Positions 1 through 7,376 of a DNA stretch of 64,000 bases are shown in pieces. The DNA comes from a virus, in IMG/VR virus record IMGVR_UViG_3300009183_000002, positions 18,434-82,433 of that record; one strand, written 5' to 3'. Within the stretch, counting starts at the first letter, position 1. Every line of letters starts with the position of its first letter. A model generated the notes under the pieces. It saw nothing but the letters and a program-made list of their open reading frames with translations. It did not search any database and had not been told where the DNA came from. Position numbers and translations under genes: made by a program.

Positions 1-1401
1 CGTAGTCACGTTCAACGTGGTGCCACTGATTGTTGTACCAGTGACTGAAGTAAACCCTGCGGCTCCACCTGTAAGAGTTGTGAATTGAGCCGTATTACCG
101 GTAATGGTTGCACCACTGATACTGGTAACAAAGACCGCTGCGATACCGGTTAAGTTACTAAATAATCCCGTATTACCTGTAACAGTTAAACCTGAGACAA
201 CAGTTGTGAAAGTACCAGTACCACCAGTAACTGTTGTAGCAAGAACCGTATTACCGGTAACGGTCGCACCACTGACACTAGTTGTAAAAACACCAGTTTC
301 TCCCGTTACGGTGGTAAACCTACCTGTATTTCCTGTGACTACAACACCAGAAACAACATCAGTAAAGACGCCGGAAACACCAGTAACAGATGCAAGTTTT
401 ACAATGTTTCCAGTGATTGTGGTACCAGACAGGGCTGTGTAAACACCAGAAACACCTGTGATATTACTAAATAATCCAATGTTTCCCGTAATGGTTGCAC
501 CAGAGATAAGCTGTGTGTAGATACCAGAGAGTGCAGTTACTCCTCCAAAAGAACCCGAATCACCGGTAATTGTTGCACCAGATACCCTTGTGGTGAATGT
601 ACCGGAAACACCTGTGACGTTAGAAGCCCTTATGGTGTCACCACTGATAATTGCACCACTTAAAGATGTAGTAAATATGCCGCTAACACCTGTAACACTA
701 GTTGCGCGAACCGTTGTTCCAGTAATTGTGGTACCTGAGAACGTACCCGTGGCAGTAACAGTGGATGCAAACTGAGCAGCACCAGAAACAACCAGTCCGC
801 TTTCAACGGTTAGGTTGCCGCTAACAACAAGAACAGGAGTGGCGAGTGTTGCAAAAACACCTGAGGTTGCACTAACGGTTGTGCCGGTGATTGTTACACC
901 ACTTAACGTATTAAAAACACCTGATGTACCAGAGATATTGTTTCCAGTAATTGTTGCACCGCTTAGGCGGGTAGAAAAATTACCGGTGATTGCATTGACG
1001 GTTGTACCTGTAAAAGTCGTAGCCGTAACCGTTACACCATTGATGGCGTTACCTTGTATGGTATTGCCCGTAATTACGAGACCACTAAGGGTTCCGCTGA
1101 CAGTTGCATTGTTCTGAACAATTAAACCACTGACAGATGCCTGGTTGCTTACGGTTAAACCGGAGGTTGTTGTTAAGCCTGAAACACTAAGATTTCCACT
1201 GATTGATGTATTACCACTGATGGTTCCCCCCGTGCGGGGAAGGTAGTAAATATTAAGATATTCTTTAGTTCCTGAAATGGTAATCTTTTTATTTTTTAAC
1301 GCCGGGTCAACCTCAAAAACATGCACAATAGTAAAAAGATCCTGCTCGGCAACGTCAATGCCAGCAAGTTCTTGTAAATCGCTAATGCGCCGGTTGGCCA
1401 T
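1..1401 (-). CDS. Tail fibre/spike-like protein with Thr/Gly/Ser/Val beta-repeats (3'-truncated by window edge)
   Basis: Not in the ORF track because it runs off the edge. ATG at 1401 (MANRRISDLQELAG...), open to position 1, recurring SGATITGNT/TGVSGVFT units, TATAAT at 1434-1439 upstream. Confidence 0.8.
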   Translation of the reverse strand, partial: MANRRISDLQELAGIDVAEQDLFTIVHVFEVDPALKNKKITISGTKEYLNIYYLPRTGGTISGNTSISGNLSVSGLTTTSGLTVSNQASVSGLIVQNNATVSGTLSGLVITGNTIQGNAINGVTVTATTFTGTTVNAITGNFSTRLSGATITGNNISGTSGVFNTLSGVTITGTTVSATSGVFATLATPVLVVSGNLTVESGLVVSGAAQFASTVTATGTFSGTTITGTTVRATSVTGVSGIFTTSLSGAIISGDTIRASNVTGVSGTFTTRVSGATITGDSGSFGGVTALSGIYTQLISGATITGNIGLFSNITGVSGVYTALSGTTITGNIVKLASVTGVSGVFTDVVSGVVVTGNTGRFTTVTGETGVFTTSVSGATVTGNTVLATTVTGGTGTFTTVVSGLTVTGNTGLFSNLTGIAAVFVTSISGATITGNTAQFTTLTGGAAGFTSVTGTTISGTTLNVTT

Positions 1402-1457
1402 TTATTTGTTTACGCGCAGGTACCCTTACTCAAATTATAATGCGCCCGTATCCAGGT

Positions 1458-1793
1458 CTACTTGATTTTAACTTCAATACGGGGTAAAGTCGTGGAGGCT
1501 AAATCCCAAGCAACTTGACCTGCTGTAACAAGACCACAAGCCATCACAAGAACAAGAATAAGTTCAGCAACTGTCAAATTGCGACGAACGTAAACGACTT
1601 GTGGTTTTGTAGCCGTCACTGGAAACCCTTGGCTTTGTGGAGGTTGCTGCTGAGCAAAGGCTTGTTGAATCGCCATCTCCCTAGCACGTGCCTTCATCTC
1701 TGCCAACTGCTCTGGCGTGATCTGTACAGGGGTAGGTGCAGCTGGTTGGCTGGGGGGTACTTGGTCTTCCATGTAAGCAACTTGTTTTCCCAT
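1458..1793 (-). CDS. Hypothetical protein, Q/P-rich with C-terminal TM helix
   Basis: ORF track; hydrophobic segment ELILVLVMACGLVTAG. Confidence 0.7.
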   Translation of the reverse strand: MGKQVAYMEDQVPPSQPAAPTPVQITPEQLAEMKARAREMAIQQAFAQQQPPQSQGFPVTATKPQVVYVRRNLTVAELILVLVMACGLVTAGQVAWDLASTTLPRIEVKIK

Positions 1794-1822
1794 ACATTAG
1801 CATCTAACAAACAGGTGTTGTT

Positions 1823-2239
1823 ATGAATTACGGATTAAGGAAAGGACTGGAAGATATCGCATGGGAGCTAAAAGGTATTAGGAATATCTTGGGTTCCATG
1901 TGGCACAGCCGTTACCAAGATGGTGAGACAGACGTTTTAAATCCGGAGGCTTTTGCCGATGAGTACATCTCGACAGAAGAATGTGCACGTCGCCTAAGTG
2001 TCTCTGATCAAACACTGCGTAATTGGATGGCTATGGGTCGAAAGAATCCAGAAAAAGGCTGGGTTGAAGGCATTCACTATGTCAATGCATCCCCAGATCC
2101 CAACCGTAAAGCAATCATCCGGGTGCCTTGGAATCACTTGATACGTTCTTTTGCTAAAAATCGTGATCTTGATGCGCAAGACTACCGGAAAAAAACATCG
2201 CCCATGTATGTGTCCACAGGTTTTGACAGGTTGGAGTGA
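1823..2239 (+). CDS. Helix-turn-helix DNA-binding protein (excisionase/MerR-like)
   Basis: YISTEECARRLSVSDQTLRNW HTH pattern followed by WVEGIHY. Confidence 0.7.
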   Translation: MNYGLRKGLEDIAWELKGIRNILGSMWHSRYQDGETDVLNPEAFADEYISTEECARRLSVSDQTLRNWMAMGRKNPEKGWVEGIHYVNASPDPNRKAIIRVPWNHLIRSFAKNRDLDAQDYRKKTSPMYVSTGFDRLE

Positions 2240-2697
2240 TGGCACATCGTTTTAAAAATGTAACAATCGATCTTGTTACCATTGAAAATCATGAAGACCT
2301 ACTTCCTGAATCATTGATTCGACAAGTAGCAGACTTCTTACCTCCGGGGGGTTCATTTGATGATGTGTGCTTGCGTCGATACTTAGAAAACCTGCTTAAC
2401 TACGAAGAGGAAGATGCCAACTCAGGCATGACCTTGGCAAATAGGTTACGCATTGCTTTTAAAGATATGACCCCAGACACAATCTGTGGTAAATTTCCGC
2501 AAGCTGAATTACCACTAAAACGACGTCTTCGTTGCGTAGCCGAATACCTGATCCGGTCTGGAGAATTTGATAAGGTAAGAGATGAAAACGGCAAGCTCGT
2601 TAAAAAACGCGGCATCTTGGGCAAGATGGTTGTCTTGTACCAGCCGATGCCTAAACTTCTAGATTCACTTACACGCCAAGGGCTCTTAACACCATGA
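2236..2697 (+). CDS. Hypothetical protein
   Basis: ORF coupled to both neighbours by 4-nt overlaps. Confidence 0.7.
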   Translation: MMAHRFKNVTIDLVTIENHEDLLPESLIRQVADFLPPGGSFDDVCLRRYLENLLNYEEEDANSGMTLANRLRIAFKDMTPDTICGKFPQAELPLKRRLRCVAEYLIRSGEFDKVRDENGKLVKKRGILGKMVVLYQPMPKLLDSLTRQGLLTP

Positions 2698-3080
2698 ACC
2701 GTAGAGAACAATTAATTGCTTCTGTGATTGGTCCAGAGATGGACGAAAAAAAAGCACGGATGCTTGATGTCACTATCAAGTTAATTCTTGGTGATATGGG
2801 AGAGCAGTACTGCCAAATGTGGGAACACGAAGGGCCTGGCGTCATGGTATTTCAACCTGACAGTAGTGAACGCTCCATGTTTTTCTTGACACTTAAAGAA
2901 ATACACGCTGCACAAGAAGAGTGTGAGCGATCAAATGACGGTGATATGGCCGAGACGTTCCGGCGTATCCTTGGTGCAGCACAGAAGATTGATCCCTTAG
3001 AAAAAGCTGGGTACATCATCAATGATGGCCAGGGTATTCGCTATCTGGAAATAGACTATAACAATATATCTGAAAAGTAG
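2694..3080 (+). CDS. Hypothetical protein
   Basis: ORF, ATGA overlap with upstream gene. Confidence 0.7.
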   Translation: MNRREQLIASVIGPEMDEKKARMLDVTIKLILGDMGEQYCQMWEHEGPGVMVFQPDSSERSMFFLTLKEIHAAQEECERSNDGDMAETFRRILGAAQKIDPLEKAGYIINDGQGIRYLEIDYNNISEK

Positions 3081-3667
3081 TGGGCTTACAAGATATTCAC
3101 AAACGCTCTGAAGATCTTGAGCTAATTACCAATTATGATCTGGTAGCTTCAGCTCATGCTCTTCTAGAAGGAATCGACTTAGATGTTGCTAGTTCCAAGA
3201 CGGCAAATCAGTTTGTCGAAGCAAAGAATTATTTCACACCTTCGGATGATGGATTGAACTGTCAACAGTGGTTTGGTAGTGCATATTTGTTTCCACCCAG
3301 GGGTGCTTACTTCTGGGATAAAAAAAACGACAAGTGGAAGATGACACGGGCTTCGTCACCCACCTTGACATCTTCACATGCCGTATGGTTCCGCAAGATG
3401 TATCGTACGTGGCTATCCAGGGAAATTGATCAAGGTCTTTATTTTACCAATTGTCCGGACATGATTCGGTACGAGCAAAAAATCTTTGATTTTCCTGTCT
3501 GCATCTTAAAAACTCCACCCTTATTAAGAAAAAACACAAGCGAAGGCATTGGACAACATAAGACGTGTACTTCATTTTTGGTTTATTTGCCACCAATGGA
3601 TGATCCAACTACTGCCACTGAACGGTTTGTGGATATTTACAGCGAAAAGGGTCGAATTCTCTGCTAA
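3080..3667 (+). CDS. DNA N6-adenine methyltransferase-like protein (degenerate catalytic motif)
   Basis: IDLDVASS...NYFT..DDGL..QWFG..YLFPP layout of phage Dam-type MTases; NPPY replaced by FPPR. Confidence 0.6.
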   Translation: MGLQDIHKRSEDLELITNYDLVASAHALLEGIDLDVASSKTANQFVEAKNYFTPSDDGLNCQQWFGSAYLFPPRGAYFWDKKNDKWKMTRASSPTLTSSHAVWFRKMYRTWLSREIDQGLYFTNCPDMIRYEQKIFDFPVCILKTPPLLRKNTSEGIGQHKTCTSFLVYLPPMDDPTTATERFVDIYSEKGRILC

Positions 3668-3700
3668 GTTTTGTAGACTAAAAGACGTTTCAACGCAGCC

Positions 3701-4288
3701 ATGAGCATCCTGGCAGATTGGGAAATCAAGTACTTGGCCCAAAACAAGGAGATGATTGCTCCGTTCAAGGACCATCTTGTCAGTCAACGAGGTGAGCAAC
3801 GTATCTTAAGTTATGGGCTCAGTTCCTATGGCTATGATATTCGCTTATCCCCTAAACAATGTTTAATCTTTGGTCGCATCCAGGCTGGAGAATGTGATCC
3901 AAAAGAATTCAATCCTGAAATTCTTTGTGAATCAGAATTATTAAAAGATGAGAAAGGCCAATATTTTATGCTGCCTCCTTATGGTTATTGTTTAGGTGTT
4001 GCTCAGGAACGTCTTAAACTTCCACGGGATGTAACCGTTGTTGCAGTTGGTAAATCTACATATGCCCGGTCGGGGATCCTGGTTAACATTACCCCTGCAG
4101 AATCTGGGTGGGAAGGTTATCTAACTTTGGAAATCAGTAACTGCACCGGTTTATTTAATCGGATTTACGCTGATGAAGGTATTACGCAATTGTTGTTCTA
4201 TCGAGGCAATCCTTGTGAGGTTACTTACCAAGACCGTAAAGGTAAGTATCAAGATCAGCCAAATAACATAGTATTTTCGCAGGTATAA
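3701..4288 (+). CDS. dcd: dCTP deaminase
   Basis: SYGLSSYGYDIRL, GKSTYARSG, TPAESGWEGYLTLEISN, YQDRKGKYQDQ motifs. Confidence 0.95.
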   Translation: MSILADWEIKYLAQNKEMIAPFKDHLVSQRGEQRILSYGLSSYGYDIRLSPKQCLIFGRIQAGECDPKEFNPEILCESELLKDEKGQYFMLPPYGYCLGVAQERLKLPRDVTVVAVGKSTYARSGILVNITPAESGWEGYLTLEISNCTGLFNRIYADEGITQLLFYRGNPCEVTYQDRKGKYQDQPNNIVFSQV

Positions 4289-4294
4289 ACTGAA

Positions 4295-4669
4295 TCAAAC
4301 AAACGCTTTGCCAAATTGGGCGTCTGGTTTATCAGCATAGTTTGTACTACCAGCTCGCCCAATTTTGTCACCCATACTAGGCAACGCACTACCAGCAATT
4401 GAAAGTTCAGTTCTTGGTGTTTTACCGTTGACAGTCGGCTCTGCAATTAAAGAACGCTTTTTGTATTCACCTGCACTCTTGGCAGCACGCATGAATTTTC
4501 CAATGCGATCTTGATTGTTATTTATTGCTTCAACTGCGCCCCGTTCTTCTGGAGCTACGCGCCGCATATCTGTGTCATACGCTTGTTCCGGATGTAAGTC
4601 CGAACTTTCAGCCGCAGATGTACCTGAGTCGTTACGCGGATCGTAAAGAGCGTCAAAGAATTTTGCCAT
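4295..4669 (-). CDS. Hypothetical protein
   Basis: ORF; start moved to MAKFF (ATG 4669). Confidence 0.65.
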   Translation of the reverse strand: MAKFFDALYDPRNDSGTSAAESSDLHPEQAYDTDMRRVAPEERGAVEAINNNQDRIGKFMRAAKSAGEYKKRSLIAEPTVNGKTPRTELSIAGSALPSMGDKIGRAGSTNYADKPDAQFGKAFV

Positions 4670-4707
4670 AGTATTATTGTAAAAGGAATAAATCAAGCTA
4701 GAGAAAA

Positions 4708-5082
4708 ATGATGCACGGCGCTGCTGGCTTCTTAGATAGCTTCGTTCAAGACGAAGTTAAATGCCGTTGTCTTGATGAAGAAGATTTTGGTCAACCCATC
4801 GATAACGAAGAAAATGATGTACCCTTGTATGACATGTACAACAGGGGTTTAGCAGCATGCGAACAGGGAATGGAACGGACGAATCTGGGGCTGGAAGGGA
4901 ATCCAGCGTTGCAGGGCCAAAGGCCGGGAATGACTGGGTATATTCCTTCGATGGAGGAAGCACTGGAACAGTATCCGGGATCTTCACCCAAACCCAAGGC
5001 GTTAATGATTGCACTACCTTCGGCGGACAAGATGGAGCAGGAACAACTGCTGTCACAAAAACGCCGTGGTTTGAGCCGGTAG
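4708..5082 (+). CDS. Hypothetical protein
   Basis: ORF with natural composition; overlaps next gene. Confidence 0.6.
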   Translation: MMHGAAGFLDSFVQDEVKCRCLDEEDFGQPIDNEENDVPLYDMYNRGLAACEQGMERTNLGLEGNPALQGQRPGMTGYIPSMEEALEQYPGSSPKPKALMIALPSADKMEQEQLLSQKRRGLSR

Positions 5083-5402
5083 AAGACAACGGTTGTAAAG
5101 ATGGGGTTTGTCCAGTTCCATGGGCAACAACAAAGGCTGAAGTCAAGACCCTTCCATGGATAACAACACCTTCACGTCCCGAGCTACAACCTGATCTAGT
5201 TAATCATCCGCCGCATTACACCGACGGATCAATCGAATGCATCGACGCAATTGAAGCGCAGCTGACACCAGAAGAGTACCGAGGTTATCTAAAAGGGAGT
5301 ATCGCCAAGTACGGCTGGCGTGAGCGCCATAAAGGCGGGACAGAATCACTGAGGAAGGCACGTTTTTATTTAAACCGTCTGATAGAGTTTGACGAAAATT
5401 AA
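4857..5402 (+). CDS. DUF3310 (SaV-like) protein with N-terminal extension
   Basis: DLVNHPPHYT..SIECIDAI...GYLKG...KY.WR..HKGG.ESLRKA.FYL. Confidence 0.85.
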   Translation: MRTGNGTDESGAGRESSVAGPKAGNDWVYSFDGGSTGTVSGIFTQTQGVNDCTTFGGQDGAGTTAVTKTPWFEPVEDNGCKDGVCPVPWATTKAEVKTLPWITTPSRPELQPDLVNHPPHYTDGSIECIDAIEAQLTPEEYRGYLKGSIAKYGWRERHKGGTESLRKARFYLNRLIEFDEN

Positions 5403-5704
5403 AAAGGAAGAGCTTCTTCCTCATCATCATCCTCATCTTCATCTCCTATGCAGCTGGCGACCAATTCAGCCAGCTCTAGGTCAGTGGGGATGTCAAAATC
5501 AATCTCGATATTCTCATCGGCCATCAACGATTTAACGGCATACCACTCCATCAATCGCTGGTGGTACAGGTTAAGGAGTGCGGAATAGAGCTGGTCCCAG
5601 GTCATCTCCTGTGCTTGCAACTCAGCTTTACGCATAGAAAACTGCAGCTCCAAGGGAAGCTCAAACTCCCGTGGTTCAACCGAACGTTCCATTCCGCTCT
5701 GCAT
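5399..5704 (-). CDS. nblA: NblA-like phycobilisome degradation protein with acidic tail
   Basis: ELPLELQFSMRKAELQAQEMTWDQLYSALLNLYHQRL fits the NblA pattern LSLEQQF...VQ.MS.EQ...L..LY.Q. Confidence 0.7.
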   Translation of the reverse strand: MQSGMERSVEPREFELPLELQFSMRKAELQAQEMTWDQLYSALLNLYHQRLMEWYAVKSLMADENIEIDFDIPTDLELAELVASCIGDEDEDDDEEEALPF

Positions 5705-5728
5705 GTCTTCAGTGCAACTATTCTAATC

Positions 5729-6388
5729 CTAGCTGTTAAAGATGCCTGTCAATTCTTCTTGGGTGTAATCATCCCAAGAGGTATCGTCAATCTTAAATTC
5801 GTTAGCAAACTCTGACAGTACATAAGGACTAACGCGTTCTTCTAGGTGGCGAATTGCTTTGACTTGACGAGCTGAGGCTTCATAATTCCGAAACGCTCGC
5901 AATAAAATTTCAGTTGTGCCCCAGGGGATGGCCTCTGTTTCCTGAAGAAACAACGCTGCTTCTTCCTTGCGTCTTTCCAGAAGACCCCCAATTACCTGAT
6001 GCTCTTCGTCAAAAACCCAACGACCAATCTCTTCTGTTGCCAAACAAAAATCTTCATTCTCAATAGCATCCACAAGATGACTGTAAAGGAATGATTCCCA
6101 TCCAATAGAATGAATAAAAGAAATCAAGGCCTGGCGCATGGAATCATCCAGTCCCAGATTTAATTTATCTAATTGAGTGTCAATGATATTGGTTTCATGA
6201 AACAAGTACTCCAGTGCTTTTTCTTTACTGCAACACTGTCCTTGCTTTACGGGGGCACCGTCAGGATAAAATTGCGTGCCGTATCCAAACGTGTAAGGTT
6301 CTCCGCCAGTTACAGGATCGGCATAGGCTTTTTCATTAAACCCTTCGTATTTACGAATGAGATTAATGGCACATGAAAAATCTGCCAT
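5729..6388 (-). CDS. GH24 (T4-type) lysozyme / endolysin with C-terminal extension
   Basis: IRKYEGF...AYADP......TFGYGT (E-D-T triad) and GGLLERRKEEA. Confidence 0.85.
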   Translation of the reverse strand: MADFSCAINLIRKYEGFNEKAYADPVTGGEPYTFGYGTQFYPDGAPVKQGQCCSKEKALEYLFHETNIIDTQLDKLNLGLDDSMRQALISFIHSIGWESFLYSHLVDAIENEDFCLATEEIGRWVFDEEHQVIGGLLERRKEEAALFLQETEAIPWGTTEILLRAFRNYEASARQVKAIRHLEERVSPYVLSEFANEFKIDDTSWDDYTQEELTGIFNS

Positions 6389-6423
6389 GGGAGTAACTAC
6401 TGTTACTCTCAATCATACACAAT

Positions 6424-6549
6424 TTATTTACCTTGTCCGCGCATTTTTTTGCGACCATGATTAGGTAATGAGTTTTGACCTTGTCCTTGCCGTGTTTTTT
6501 TCGGCTTGGATTCAATCTTGGTGCTGGAAGTTGTGTTTGCTTTTGCCAT
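6424..6549 (-). CDS. Small basic protein, 41 aa (MAKANTTSSTKIESKPKKTRQGQGQ...RGQGK)
   Basis: Hand-translated, below ORF-track cutoff; KKTRQG/RGQGK motif typical of cyanophage small basic proteins. Confidence 0.65.
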   Translation of the reverse strand: MAKANTTSSTKIESKPKKTRQGQGQNSLPNHGRKKMRGQGK

Positions 6550-6576
6550 AGATTCACCAGTTGTGTGTACAAGTTT

Positions 6577-7044
6577 TTACTTGTTCTGACAGTTTACTTG
6601 GTGCGTGACCCAACGGCAGTTCTCTGGGCAGTAATTGCCATAGTTATCGGTACGGTCTAGTTCCAGGGCTTGATCTGCTCTATTTTCTTCCGCCCATTTT
6701 TTAAATGCTGGGTAACTCGCCATCCATTCATCACACACCTGAATTCCTTTGGCTAAATACGATGGATACTTTTTGCAACGACGTTTCATTTTCTGCCATC
6801 TTCCATATAGCCAATGACCTTTGTTGTATTTATTTTTAGCATCTCCGTGGACTGTGTGTATATGTTTTGTAATTTCAGAAACATGCGGATTTTTTACATG
6901 CATTTCAACTGCTGAGCATGAGCGGCAACGCCAGCTACCCTTAGCTCGATTCCATTGATCAATCCTAATTTCTTTTGTTTTTAGCTTGCAAGTCTGGCAG
7001 GTTGCTAAGACGTAATTCCAATTATTCCGTTTAATGTAGTCCAA
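6577..7044 (-). CDS. HNH-type homing endonuclease
   Basis: CxxC...CxxC, LY.RW..MK.RC, GIQVCDEW, LDRTDNYGNYCPENCRW. Confidence 0.8.
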   Translation of the reverse strand: MDYIKRNNWNYVLATCQTCKLKTKEIRIDQWNRAKGSWRCRSCSAVEMHVKNPHVSEITKHIHTVHGDAKNKYNKGHWLYGRWQKMKRRCKKYPSYLAKGIQVCDEWMASYPAFKKWAEENRADQALELDRTDNYGNYCPENCRWVTHQVNCQNK

Positions 7045-7376
7045 TCAAGGGAAGAAGCAATACTGGATAATCCTACCACAAGTAATACACCCCAGTTGAA
7101 GTTACAGGCCCACCACCCCGGAGTCAGTTTGTCCTTCTTCTCGGAGCAGTTGTGCCTGGCCTTAAAGTTAGCACGTCTTCCCTCATCCTTGTGCGATAGG
7201 TAGTCGTCGTACCCACGCAGTCCAAACCGTACGATGGCTTCCTTCCCGTCCTGGCACGCTTTGACGACGTACTTGTGCTTGTCCCCCTTGGGAGCCCGCT
7301 GAGGCTTGTTACACTCCATCTTATCTTTTTGGAAGCGCTTGGCTGCGGCTGCTGCTTTTTTACGTTTGTCCGCCAT
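7005..7376 (-). CDS. Basic hypothetical (probable virion) protein
   Basis: VRFG......HKD..RRANFKARHNC...KDKLTPGWWAC motif common in phages. Confidence 0.7.
   Translation of the reverse strand: MADKRKKAAAAAKRFQKDKMECNKPQRAPKGDKHKYVVKACQDGKEAIVRFGLRGYDDYLSHKDEGRRANFKARHNCSEKKDKLTPGWWACNFNWGVLLVVGLSSIASSLDWTTLNGIIGITS

Noticed and set aside
104-1117. Plus-strand V/P/T-rich ORFs in the track
   Set aside because: Antisense shadows of the repetitive minus-strand fibre gene
6363-6572. 69-aa minus ORF in the track
   Set aside because: A different frame (6424-6549) gives the recognisable basic protein
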